A DNA stretch of 64,000 bases from Leucoraja erinacea. Its lineage: Eukaryota. Positions 37,195 to 49,974 of the stretch are shown here, piece by piece. Within the stretch, counting starts at the first letter, position 1. Each line of letters starts with the position of its first letter. A program made the translations under genes and the position numbers. Location: the NCBI RefSeq assembly GCF_028641065.1, contig NC_073386.1, positions 41,168,001 through 41,232,000 on the forward strand. Reading direction: 5' to 3'. The notes beneath the pieces are model-generated. The model was given only the letters and a program-made list of their open reading frames with translations, had not been told where the DNA came from and did not search any database.

Positions 37195-38180
37195 ACAAAT
37201 AGAGGTTCAATTCAATCAAGCAGGCGCCTTTTGACTGTGGCAGGATCTGAATATTATCATGGGCTACAAGATGAAACGAGGGTCAATATCTCGCAACGGC
37301 ACATGTCTACTGGATTAGCTTAATGCCTTTTACGGAGTATTGAACAAGCGATGAGAGTTTCACCTATGTGCATCTTGGAAGCGGATGGCCCAAATAACAT
37401 CCTTGGATGGATCCTGAAATCATGCACCAATCAATTTGTCACAGTATTTGTCAACATCTTCAAGCTCTACTTCAACTGCAGTTACTTCAACTGTCCCCGT
37501 CTGCTTCAAGGAAACCTCCCACAAGAAAAAATGACCTTCCTCAATGGCCAGTACCTTGAACATCGACCATAATGAAGTGCTTTGAAAGATTAACAATTTT
37601 CCACATCAGCACTAGTCTTCCAGATAAACTAGACCTCTTCAGATTAGTGTACACGAAAAATAGGTGTGTGGAGGATGTCATCTCCTTTGCACTATAGTCA
37701 ACTCTGGATCACTTTGACACTAAAAACACTATGTCAGGAAGCTATTCATTGACGACGGCTCAGTGACATACTACCAAATAAGTTCCTCTCTAAACTTCTG
37801 GACCTTGGTCTTAGGGCCTCCATCTGCAATTGGCTTCTGGACTTCCTGACGGGCAGACCTCATTCAATTAGAATTGGTCAGAACATTTCCTCCACCCTGA
37901 CTCTCCATACGGTTGTGTGCTCACGTCTTTCTGCCTGAACCTGCGGAGAATGCTGAACATAGCCCAGTCCATCACATCCTCCTTACTTCCTTCCATGCAA
38001 TCCATCTTCACAGTGCATTGCTGCAGGAAGGTTGATAGTATTCCTCAAGGATGCCTGCCACCCTGGCCATTCCCTTTTCTCTCTTCTACCTTCTGAGAAA
38101 AGATACAGACCTTTGATATCCTGGATGCTCAGTCTTAAGAACAGTTTCTTCCCCACTGCTGTCAGACTTCTGAACTAGTC
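37195..38180 (+). mobile_element. Rex1/Babar-like LINE, internally deleted
   Basis: GPNNILGWILKSCTNQF.TVF.NIF, MKCFERL, CNWLLDFLTGRP, LPS.KRYR motifs. Confidence 0.7.
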
Positions 38181-38484
38181 ATCTTTTACACTCCTCCTTC
38201 AAGATGTACTGCCATATACCCTTATTCTTAACCTTTACCTCACTTCATTATTCCACTTTACTATTTTCTTTTTGCGCTACTTCAGTTTGCAGAGCAATCT
38301 TTGGCACAATTCTGCTTCTTCTTGCATTCCTCCTTATACTTATTTATTAATTGTTCACACTCTGAGCTTCATGCAACTAGGAATTTCATTACACGCTGGT
38401 TTGTGTGACAATGAAAATGAATGTGAATATTACAACGGCGTGGTTGCAGGGTGACCAGGGCTGAGAACTTGGTATTCTAGGTCA

Positions 38485-39728
38485 GAAACATAGAAAAATA
38501 GGTGCAGGAGTAGGCCGTTCGGCCTTTCAAGCCAGCACCGCCATTCAAGATGATCATGGCTGATCATCTAAAATCAGTACCCCATTCCTGCTTTTTCCCC
38601 ACATCCCTTGATTCCTTTAGCCCTAAGAGCTAAATCCAACTCTCTATTGAAAACATCCAGTGAATTGGCCTCCACTGCTATCTGTGGCAGAGAACTCCAC
38701 AGATTCACAACTCTTTGGGTGAAAAGGTTTTTCCTCATCTCTGTCCTAAATGTCTTATTCCTCATCTCTGTCCTTATTCTTAAACTGTGATCCGTGGTTC
38801 TGGACTCCCCCAACATTTTTTCCTATATCTAGCCTGCCCAATCCTTAAAGAATTTTATATATTTCTATAAGATAGCCTTTCATCCTTCTAAAATACAAGC
38901 CCAGTCAACCCATTCTTTCATCATATGTCAGTCCCGCCATTCCGGGAATTAACATGGTGAACCTACGCTGCAGTCCCTCAATAGCAATAATGTCCTTCCT
39001 CACATTAGAAAACCAAAACTTTCCAAATGCGCTGCTGGGACATCTTTAATAACTCAAGCATCTTCCCCACTACCGATGTACGGATAACTGGTCTATAATT
39101 CCCTGTTTTCTCTCTCCCTCCTTTCTTAAAAAGTGGGGTTACATTGGCTACCCTCCAGACCACAGGAACTGATCCAGAGTCGAAAGAACATTGGAAAATG
39201 ATCACCAATGCATCCGCGATTTGTAGCGCCACCTCCTTGAGTATTCTGAGATGCAGACCATCAGGCCCTGGGGATTTATCTGCCTTCAGTCCCAACAGTT
39301 TACCTAACACCATTACCTGACTAATGTGGATTCCCTTCAGTTCCTCCCTTCCACTAGATCCTCAGTCCCCTAGTATTTCTGGGAGATTGTGTCTTCCTTA
39401 TAGAAGACAGAACCAAAGTAGTTGTTTAACTGTTCTGCCATTTTCTTGTTTGCTATTATAAATTTGCCTGTCTCTGATTGTAAGGGATCTACATTTGTCT
39501 TCACTAATCGTTTCCATTTTACATATCTAAAGAAGCTTTTACAGTCAGTTTTTATATTCCTCGCAAGCTTTCTTTCATGCTTTTTTTCCCCCTCTTAATT
39601 AACCCCTTTGTCCTCCTCTGTTGAGTTCTGGTTTGCTGCTTCCTCTGGCCAATTTATATGCCTCTTCCTTGGCTTTAACACTATCCCATATTTCCCTCGT
39701 TAGCCACGGTTGAGCCGCCTTCCCCGTT
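38485..39728 (-). mobile_element. CR1 LINE pieces (3' end joined to RT N-terminal part)
   Basis: ORF 39005-39313 KSPGPDGLH.R.LKE...ANVTPLFKKG...NYRPV; ORF 38574-38816 FTQRVVNLWSSLP. Confidence 0.9.
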
Positions 39729-41286
39729 ATCCAGCATTGCAAAAGAATAATCGAAAAGGAAAATGTGGTAGGGTAACATTGTCAATCAAGGACGGTATCA
39801 GTGTGATGGTAAATAATCGTAAGATGCAGTGAATCAATTTGTTTGGATGGAAATAGTGAGTAGTAGAATAAAGACACAGGTGGGAGTAGTCTGCCGGGCA
39901 ATAGGACAAAGCATGAATGGGGAAATATCAAGGGTATGTAGGAAGGTAAATGTAATTATCATGGGTGATTTTAATCTGTTCATTAATTAGACTAATTAAA
40001 TTGGAACGGTTACCATGGAAGAGGAATTCATGTAGTGTATGATGGTTGGTCCTTAGAGCAATATGTTTCAGAATCTACCTGGCTGTTGTAGATTTTATCA
40101 TGTGTAATGAGTTAGGATGGATAAGCATGTTTGAGATCTTTGAGGGAATCATGATCACCGTATGTGGAATTCCAGGTAGTATTTGAGGGGAAGGTACCTT
40201 GGGTCCAAAATCAATGTCCTTAATTTAAATACAATACGTTAAGTATTGCATCTACATTATATAATAGATAGAACTTTATTTATCCGAGGAGGGAAATTGA
40301 TCAATGAGGGCATTCACAAAGATAAGAAGATTTAAAAACTCTCAGTTGCTACAAATTGCAAAATGTCATTCTTCTAATGCATTGAGAAATTGTAATGTTA
40401 CATTTAATTTCCTTGTAACATTAATGGTATAGTTATCAACAATATTTTAAGGAAAATGATTACAATGGACAATAAATTATAACAGAAATATAATTTTCTC
40501 GTATAAAATGCAACATGTCATTAAATTATCCTTTACTATTGTGCAACAATATGCATTTGGTGCAATTTTACAATATAGCAATCTAAATAAGCTATATAAT
40601 AACAATATACAAATAAACTCCATACCTCACTAATGCATTTGATCCAGTCAGTGATTATTTTAATGGCACACTACAGGCATACTGTGCTGGGCTTTATTCA
40701 GCAGTGATATTTTTAACATATAATAAAGCAAAAAAATGTATTTATTCAGCCCTCAGGAAATCATCACCATCGTTTATGCAAAGATCTGTCTAATGTAGTT
40801 TAAAAAATATTCTTTGGAATCATAATTTATTTTTGTGCATCAAATTGATGCACATCTAATTTTAATGCAAAAGTGGGTTTTCCACAGGGCGTACTGTATT
40901 TTAAAGAAATACTGCAAAAGCCACATTCAATGCTTCAATAAATGCCTTGGATATGGATATTCTTCTTTTGTTCATTCTGAAGGAATCAGTGGGGATTTAA
41001 ATTGATTCTTTTCCCAGCCTTTAGCACAGTTCATCGTGCTTCTCCCACACACCAGACAAATTATTATTTTTTCATCTTTTTCCTTTCTAGTTCTCACTCA
41101 TTCCCTCTTGTTTTCTCTCATCTTTTTCTTTCCCTCTGTCATTCTGACATTCTCATCCATAACTCTCTATTGTTCACATCTTATTATGTACATGCACCTT
41201 TCTCGGTGTCCCCTAAAATTGTCCATGTGTTTTATTTCTTTCCTTTCTATCTTGTTTTCACTCGTTCTTTTTTTCTGAAAGCTCCC

Positions 41287-41508
41287 TCTGGAATTTTCTG
41301 CCACAGAAGGTAGTTGAGGCCAGTTCATTGGCTATATTTAAGAGGGAGTTAGATGTGGCCCTTGTGGCTAAAGGGTTCAGGGGGTATGGAGAGAAGGCAG
41401 GTACAGGATACTGAGTTGGATGATCAGCCATGATCATATTGAATGGCGGTGCAGGCTCGAAGGGCCGAATGGCCTACTCCTGCACCTATTTTCTATGTTT
41501 CTATGTTT
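41287..41508 (+). mobile_element. CR1 3' end
   Basis: ggctcgaagggccgaatggcctactcctgcacctattttctatgtttctatg. Confidence 0.85.
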
Positions 41509-42429
41509 TTCTATTTCTGACCCTCCTCCTTCGTAAGCAGCCCACTCTTTTGCACACCCTCCCCGTTCCCTTCATTTTTTTTCCCCACATTAGACCATTC
41601 TACCCGTTTTTGTCACGTCCCTATTTCGTGCCACCTCCTTCCATTTATACCTTCTGCCCAATCCCTAAGTGTCTCACCTCTTCTGCTCCACACTGCCTCT
41701 CCCCTACCCCATGCTGTACCCCTACCCCATGCCTCTCCCCTACCTTCACTGTTTTAATCTTGTTATTGGTCACTGTACCTATGTGTGCCAAATTATCTAT
41801 GCTCTCCTTTTGCTATTGTCCTCCTCATTCCATCCCTTTGTTCTCCAATCTAACCCTCTCCTTTATGCCCATCTTTAGCACTGTCACTCCTTTGCCCATT
41901 TTCACACAGCCAATGTTCAAACCTCATTTCACCATTCTTCTGGAAAATAGAATCTATGTCCTAAAATAATTATATTTAGCGTAGATGAGTCAAATGGATT
42001 ACCGTGAAGAACTTTGCAGTGCTTATCTGACAATCGTCTTTTGAAACAGATGGATCCAGCAATTATTTTGCATATGTGTTTAGTAAAACATAAACTTCAG
42101 CAGATAAAGTATTAATTTTCATGTGTACAGTAAATTCCGTGATGCAAATGGATATGAGTTAGTCTTAAAATATATCACCTGTTATTATACGAAGCATTTC
42201 GGCTCTGAATATGTACGGTTGTGATACATTGATCCTCATCATATGCAGTTCTGAGCTACAACTGTTATTATTGCTCAGTCTTGAAGAATCAGCCAGGATT
42301 TCAATTTATTAACCAAACACGTATACTTAAAAGAAGCCAAGATTCAGTTGTGATACTGTCCATTATTAATTAAGTATACAACACTTGCAATCAAGATTTA
42401 AAGATAAATATAAAGACAGCTTATACAAC

Positions 42430-43100
42430 AAATAGATACAAAAAGCTGGAGTAACTCAGCAGGACAGGCAGCATCTCTGGCGAGAAGGAATGCGTAATGT
42501 TTCGGGTCGAGACACTTCTTCAAACTGGTTAGAGATAAGGGAAATGAGAGATATAGATGGTGATGTGGAGAGATAAAGAACAATGGATGAAAGATATGCA
42601 AAAAAGTAATGATGATAAAGGAAATAGGCCATTATTAGCTTGTCGGGTGAAAATGAGAAGCTAATGTGACTTGGGTGGGGAAGGGATAGAGAGGGAATGC
42701 TGGGGCTACCTGAAGTGAGAGAAATTAATATTCATACCACTGGGCTGTAAGCTGCCCAGGCGAAATATGAGATGCTGTTCCTCCAATTTGCGTTTAGCAT
42801 CACTCTGACAATGGAGGAGACTGAGGACAGAAAGGTTTTTGTAGGAATGGGAAGGAGAAGTAAAGTGTCCAGCAACCGCGAGATCAGGTTGGTTCAGGCA
42901 GGCTGAGTGAAGGCGAATCGATCGGCCAGTCTGGGTTTGGTCTCGCCAATGTATAAGAGTCCACATCTTGAACGATGGATACAGTAGATGAGGTTGGAGG
43001 AGGTTCAAGTGAACCTCTGCCTAACCTGAAAGGACTGTCGGGGTCAGTGGTGGGATCCCGGTGGAGGTGGCGGAAATTTCGGAGGATTATGTGTTGGAAA
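42430..43100 (-). mobile_element. Penelope 3' fragment with terminal repeat
   Basis: ORF 42706-43008 VAGHFTSPSHS...KRKLEEQHLIFRLGSLQPSGMNINFSHFR. Confidence 0.85.
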
Positions 43101-44414
43101 GATAAATGATACCACTTATAGCAATTGCCTGTGTGGCTGACATTAATTGTCTGTCCCAGTAGTGGTATAATAATTGTGCCTGATGGCTTACACTAGGTTG
43201 TGATGTTGATGTTCATTCCCTCTGAGTTATAATCCTACATCCATATGCCTGCCCTGTTATCCTGTCTCTCTGTCAATTTATCCTTCAGTCACTTATCTAT
43301 TTACTTATCTATTGCCAGCTCATAAAAGCAGTAGGTTTTCGTCCATTGTTCAATTAATTAATAATGTTGCACCTCTTTCAAGCATCACAGTTCTAACCAA
43401 GCTTTAAATAATCTTTGCCTCCTTTAAATAAGCTTGCCTGATTGTTCCTGGAGGTTTTTCTTGATGTGACTATCTTAGTCAAACAGCCATTCTTTCTCCC
43501 TTTTATTTATTTATAACTATTTTAAGAACCAACTACATTTGTTTTAATGAAGCGGCTTTGAGGTTTCTTCCTTTCATTTGCTCAAAGCAATGTACTGGCA
43601 ATTAATCTTTAATTTCTGGAAACACTCTGGTGTGATTGGCATCTCCAATATTAATCCTGACCATAGAAGGGTGTGTAAACTTGAGATATTGCATTGCTCC
43701 CGGCCAACGATTGTGGGCCTGCACATTTTGAGTAATAACTGGAAGTGTCAATAATCTGTAAAACATTTAGAAAGGAACATTCTTGCAGGTGCTTTGGGGA
43801 AAAGAGATATACTGAAGTGATACAATACCAACTGAGTAATTACTTTTTGTAATTGGTTTTCCAAAGAGCCACTGTGGCATCTGGTTGAGAACAAAAGTTG
43901 AAGTAGTGTCACAGTGCACATTTGCAGATAATTGCTGGAACAGTAATTGCATGAATTTAATGCACTATATCTTGCTAAAACAGCACAACTCGTACAAAAG
44001 CTGATGAAACTCACTGCTGCATTTAGCCAGTGATGAATCACATAGAGGAACAATGTGTTCAAATAGTGCTGTTTTTTCACTGAAATGGACAGTTGTTGAA
44101 TGGAATTACTGAAGAGCTGTCATTTTTTATTGTTTTTCTTTCTTTCCCAGTTTTTGTCAGCTCCTCTGTGAAGCATTGACAGATCACTGGGATTCATTTT
44201 TATTATCTTGTTCCAACCCCAGAAGGTGATTGCTCACTGGAGCGTCTTGACAGTGAATGGCAGTAATCGTAGCTGACCCCAGTCTATTCTTTACCAATTC
44301 CACATTTTCAGAGACTTTCCAGGGTTGCAAAGTTGACCTTTATTAGTTGGTGTACAACAGAAGCACAGTTTGCAAATGTTAAATGTAAATTTAAATGATC
44401 CAGCACTGCTATTA

Positions 44415-45065
44415 AATAAGATCATGGCTGATCATCCAAAATCAGTACCCCATTCCGGCTTTTTCCCCCCTATCCCTTGATTCCTTTAGCCCTAAGAGCT
44501 AAATCTAACTCTTGAAAACATCCAGTGAATTGGCCTCCACTGCCCTCGGTGGCAGAGAATTACACAGATTCACAACTGGGTGAAAAGGTTTTTCCTCATC
44601 TCAGTCCTAAATGGCCTGCCCCTTATTTTTAAACTGTGGCCCCTAATTCTGGACTCCCCCAACTTTGGGAACATTTTTCCTGCATCTACCCTGTCCAATC
44701 CTCTAAGAATTTTATATGTTTCTATAAGATTCCCTCTCATCCTTCTAAATTCCAGTGACTACAAGCCCATTCGACCCATTCTTTCATCATATGTCAGTCC
44801 CGCCATCCCGGGAATTAACCGGGCGGACCTATGCTGTACTCCCTCAATAGCAATAATGTCCTTCCTCAAATTAGAAGACCAAAATTTCACTCAATACTCC
44901 ATGTGCCATCTTACCAGGGCCCTCCCTGTACAACTGCAGTTGGACCTCCTTGCTCCTAAATTTAAATCCTCTCACAATGAAGGCCAACATGCCATTAGCT
45001 TTCTTCACTGCCTGCTGTACCTGCATGCTTACTTTCAGTGACTGATGAACAAGCACACCCAGGTG
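44415..45065 (-). mobile_element. CR1 3' fragment
   Basis: ORF 44871-45056 SLKVSMQVQQAVKKANGMLAFI; closely similar to 38530-39000. Confidence 0.9.
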
Positions 45066-45705
45066 TCTGTTGACTCTGTGGAAAACAACTGTGTTCCCTT
45101 GGAGTGCACAGTCAAACCCTGCTCTGGATACAGCTGTAGAGAGACATCTTGTCTAGGAAGTGTGGAATGGCATAATTTTGGTTAATTAAACCAGTATACT
45201 GTACATTTTGTGGGAAATGTTAAGTAGCGTATTTTTAGAATTCTGAAACATTTTGTAGTGTCATCTACTTAAATGGTTCATTTTTCAGCTGAATCATAAA
45301 CCACCTATAATAGCCGGAAATAAACATTTAAGAAGCTGCGTTCTTTGACCCATTAATAACTAAGTGAGCACATCCAGTGAATCGCTGTACCTTTAACTAA
45401 AACAATGAGCTAAAAATTACCTGTTGTGTAAGGATGGTGGTTGAGGATTTGCAATTTAAGAAATAAAAACTTGCCGTTTGCTAACTTGTATGAAAATTGA
45501 TGAAATAATCTTTTATTGTCCAGATATTGTCAGAAAGAGATTTCCCTTAATTTTGGAGGAGAGTATCTCACCTCTTACTGAGGTTAATTTGTTAATCTCC
45601 TCTACTTAATTGCTTGTCCTTGCTTGTTTTGATTAAATGATTAATTGAGTGTTATTTAACATACGTGAAGACCAGGAGGTTGTGGGGTGGGGGAAGAGGT
45701 GTGGG

Positions 45706-45769
45706 AGGGCGAGGCGAGGGCGAAGGCGAGGCGAGGCGAGGCAAGGCAAGGCAAGGCAAGGCAAGGCGA
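45706..45769. repeat. (GGCGA)n(GGCAA)n microsatellite
   Basis: ggcgaggcgagggcgaaggcgaggcgaggcgaggcaaggcaaggcaaggcaaggcaaggcga. Confidence 0.9.
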
Positions 45770-45831
45770 AAGAGAAAGCAGTGGTTTTAAACAATTGCGG
45801 GTGAGTGTAATGTGTTCTCTTTTATCCACAG

Positions 45832-45997
45832 TTCAGAGTCTTCACAGCTCCATTCCACAAAGTAGAGTTTGCTGATTTCTGGCTGGCTGACCAGTTGAAC
45901 AGCCTGGCCACAATCCTGATGGATCTGGAGTACATGATCTGCTTTTACAGCTTTGAACTGGATTGGAGCACAGAAGATGCCCTCATTAAATCTTCAG
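45832..45997 (+). CDS. XPR1: XPR1 exon matching human exon 10
   Basis: tccacag|TTC AGA...TCA G|gtaatc; 166 nt, phase 0-1; [55 protein letters not shown]. Confidence 0.96.
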
Positions 45998-46139
45998 GTA
46001 ATCTACTACAGACATTAACCACAGTAGGACTCTACGTTAGACAAATTTCTGCCTATACTATCTACATCTTAAAACCTAAGACGGGAAAAGGCAGCATGTG
46101 CACATAATTTATTTGCATTTGGAATGCCATGGATAAGGA

Positions 46140-46760
46140 ATAGTTAAAGCTTTGTGCATGGGAAATTGTATCTCACAAAGTTGATTGACTATTTTGAAGA
46201 GGTGACAAAGCAGGTTAATGAGGGCTCAGTAGTAAGTATTATGTACATGGATTATTGCATAGCTGATGACAAGGTCCCACTTGGTAGGCTTGACCGGAAA
46301 GTTAGATCACATGAGATGTACAGTGAATTAGTCAATTGGATAAAAGAATGGTAGGAGTCAGAAGGTCATAATGGAGGGTTGTTGTTCAGATTGAAAACTT
46401 GTGACCAATGGTGTGTCACAGGGATTGGAACTAATGCCTCTGTGTTTATCAGACAGTAAATCCCTGTGGGAGGGGGGGGGGAGAAAGTATTTGGGGAAAT
46501 GTTCCATTCCCACTTGGCAGAAGATGCCTGCAACCCACAGCGGCTGGCATTATCATCCCCAGCCATCCTGCCTGTCTCCAAAGTGCGTGTACATATGTAC
46601 AGGTTGCCATAGGTCAGGCATTAGTAACCTGGAGAAAACCTGTATAAATGATTTGAATGTAGGTTACATGATAAGGATGTTTGTAGATAACACCAACATT
46701 GATGCTGTACTGGGCAGTGAAAAAGATTGCCTTAGTTTAAAAGAAAATATTGATCAATTG
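46140..46760 (+). mobile_element. Decayed CR1 RT with an unrelated insertion (about 46450-46640)
   Basis: LTKLIDYFEEVTK...YMD...DKVP.GRL; VTNGVSQG. Confidence 0.7.
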
Positions 46761-48048
46761 AGAAATTATGAGATTAAAGGGAGAAGCAATTGGGGGGACA
46801 GAGGAGGGGTAAGCGATTACAGGCATATCGAGCCAATTAACAGAGGGTGAAAGTGGGGATGGCTGCTGGAAGGTGATAAACAGGAACACATAGGCTGCCA
46901 TTGCTGGAATCTAATAAGTAAGGAAGTTGTTAATGTGAGCCATTAGGGGGGAGGTGACTGGCAGAACCATATGAGGGAGGGAGGGAGATAGGGGTGGGTG
47001 TGTGGGAGCCAGTGGGTGAAATGTGTGTGACGTAGCTCAAATGTGTATCAAGTAAGTAGATGGAAACAGGAGGAAGAGGGGAACAATAAAGAGTGGAGGG
47101 GGTGCTGCTATATGTTTTTCAGTTATTTTTGTGCTGAAAAAAGTTGCAGAGGCATGTGTTTTTCAGCATAACACATCAGCAATGAATATTCCAAGCTTCC
47201 AATTGCATGCCATTTCAATTTAATTTCATATTCCCACATCGACGTGTTCATCCTTGGCCTTCTCCAGGTCCTGGTATAAAAGATCTCAAGTCGTTGAGTT
47301 TCTTATCACATGCACAATAAGGTGAGGTACAGGTACAGTGGAAATGGTGCAACTGCAACGCAGGCACGGAGACTCGGAGAGCACACAAAAACATAAAGTA
47401 TATGTATACATTCTGAGAGACGGTAAAAAGAAAAGACTGAAAAAATCAAGATATCAGTGCACAACTCAATTAGAAAACAGGTCCTAGGTAATGCAAAATG
47501 TCATCCATCGTTACCTGTTGCCAAGGTAGGATTATGGTTGTACATCAGTTCAAGAACCTTATAGTTGTAGTCAAGACTGTTTAATTGCTATATGTACTGA
47601 CGATGGAACAAGGAAATTCTTATTTGCAGCAGCATAACAGGCATGTACACGCAATTCTAAAAGATAACATATAAACAAAAAAAATCAATAAATTAATAAC
47701 CCCAATATGAGTGCAAATAAGAGAGAATCTCCCTCATTTTTGCTTCTGTTTATGAGTCAAGTGCTTGCGGTTAAAAATCTATTGTTACTATAAACTTTAT
47801 TGGCATCAGTTTTAGGGAATCATTGAAGGGCAACATGGTTAGAATCGTCCAATGCCTCAGTAAAGGTAATGCTGGATAAAAATATGTGGGTTTTATACTA
47901 AGTGCTGCCTTCAACTGTCATGAGTGAATATTTATCACAAGAAAACCTGCATACCTGATGCAAAAAACGTGGTCCTTCTCCAGATTAAGTAACTGTATTA
48001 TTTCAATGCTGTTTTTGAAGAACCAAATAAACCCATTGTCCATACCTG

Positions 48049-48337
48049 ACTTTCAATTGTTATAGCTCCATAGATGCTGCTGCACCCGCTGCGTTTCTCC
48101 AGCACTTTTGTCTACTTTCAATTGTTATAATTTGGTTAAAATAGACACAAAAAGCTGGAGTAACTCGGGACAGGCAGCATCTCTAGGTACACAAAAATGC
48201 TGGAGAAACTCAGCGGGTGCAGCAGCATCTATGGAGCGAAGGAAATAAGCCTACCTTCGATTTTCCAGCATCTGCAGTTCCTTCTTAAACAGCATCTTCT
48301 TCAGACTGGTTAGGGATAACATTATAATTTGGTTAAA
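48049..48337. mobile_element. Cluster of short Penelope terminal-repeat insertions with 16-bp target duplications
   Basis: ACTTTCAATTGTTATA at 48049-48064 and 48114-48129; TTATAATTTGGTTAAA at 48125-48140 and 48322-48337. Confidence 0.8.
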
Positions 48338-48542
48338 CAGATGTAATCGTTAGGGTGAAGGAGCTTGCCTTTCAGGATTTTAAATGTCTTGTTTAACCTG
48401 GGTATATATTGTGTTTTATTGGTATCCTGGTGAAACTGGATGATTTGCAAACGGTCCTTTGACAAACTATTGCAGTTTGGCAAATCTCATTCACAATAAT
48501 TGGTGAAAAAAAATCACTCTCATTCCCTTCTGCTTATTCCAG

Positions 48543-48737
48543 GTGTTAATACATGCAACAGCTACTCCTATGGAGTAAGAGCCATCATCCAATGTCTGCC
48601 TGCATGGTTGCGCTTCATCCAGTGCCTTCGGCGCTACCGAGACACCAAGCGAGCGTTCCCTCATCTGGTCAATGCCGGAAAGTATTCTACAACATTCTTC
48701 GTAGTGACCTTTGCTGCTCTGTACAGTACACACAAAG
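48543..48737 (+). CDS. XPR1: XPR1 exon matching human exon 11 (EXS domain)
   Basis: ttccag|GT GTT...AAA G|gtaagc; 195 nt, phase 1-1; (G)[64 protein letters not shown]. Confidence 0.97.
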
Positions 48738-48951
48738 GTAAGCTGCTAAGAAATTGTTTCCACCATCCACTATATTGATGAATAGCGTGAAACTGTAAAC
48801 TGAAGACATTGATTTAAAAATGTAATTTGTGATTGTAATCAAAATGATTGTGATTGAATCAAAATGTTTCACAGGAAAACGATTACTGAAATTATACTTA
48901 GACATCTTTCTCTGCAATGTAAAGAGACTCCCATTTCAAATTCGCTACCTT

Positions 48952-48952
<1 letters not shown>

Positions 48953-48991
<39 letters not shown>
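48953..48991. repeat. poly-C tract (39 nt)
   Basis: Read directly from the sequence. Confidence 0.9.
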
Positions 48992-49974
48992 ATTCGGCAA
49001 CCTCCCACTGTTAAATCTACTTTCAATGTGATGAAAAGCCTTTAATTTGATGCCTGAAGGCAGATGGGATGTGTATAGGTTTCTTTCATGGTTTATCCCC
49101 CGAGATCAGAATAAGGGGGGGTTGCATAAATGTATCATAATACGCCAGAAGGCACTAGCTAATAGGAATATCCTGCTATTGGAGCTACAGTACATTGCAA
49201 GCTTGTTAGTCTCTGCAAAATCATACTTTTTCCAGTTCTTTGTTTCTTTCCATTGCCTAGCCTGCAGCATGTCTCATTTAGGGCTCTGTCATTTATTCTG
49301 CATTGTCTTTCCTTTCTCACCAACGTATCCCTTCATAGTTTTCTGTATTCAATTTTACCAAACCCTTGTCTCCCCATTCAGCCAAAATATGCCATCTTAC
49401 TGACCTGTTTATTTAAATTTAAATTAAAACATTTAGAAATGTTAACTTTACATATTAATTTCTAAATCATGAATATAGATTAAAATAAAACTGCGCCTCA
49501 ACATTGATAGTGGGGAACATCACTGCCTACCATCCTTCTGTCTAAAAAATCTGTAGTTTACCATTATTATCTCCTTTCTGCTGTAAGCCAATTTCCTATC
49601 TGTGCTTTCATTTCAAGGGCTCAATTTAGCTCGCCAGCCTTTTGTGTGAAAATTTATCAAACGCCTTTGAAAATCCACAGAGCAAACAACTACTGCTTTC
49701 CTCTAGTCAAATTTCGCTATTATTTCATCAAAAATGCAATTGTTAGTCAAACATGATTTGACATGAATAAATAATGCTAACTATTTTATTAACACAAACC
49801 TCTGCACGTGCCTTTTACATTTTTTCACCAATTAATGTTTATAACATTTTCCACACACCGAGGAGGTTTCTTGGTATGTCCATGCATTCCTTTAATTAGG
49901 TATAATTGTGTTACATTTATCAGCTTTCAGTTCTTTGGTGCTTTTCTATACTTAAGGTGGGTTAGAAAATTAAT

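Noticed and set aside
41002-41969. Hydrophobic or Pro-rich ORFs (103 and 179 aa)
   Set aside because: Pyrimidine-rich low-complexity intron sequence plus a CR1 tail.
48953-48991. Functional G-quadruplex at the poly-C tract
   Set aside because: Homopolymer length is assembly-sensitive, similar tracts recur in the window, and nothing else supports a function.
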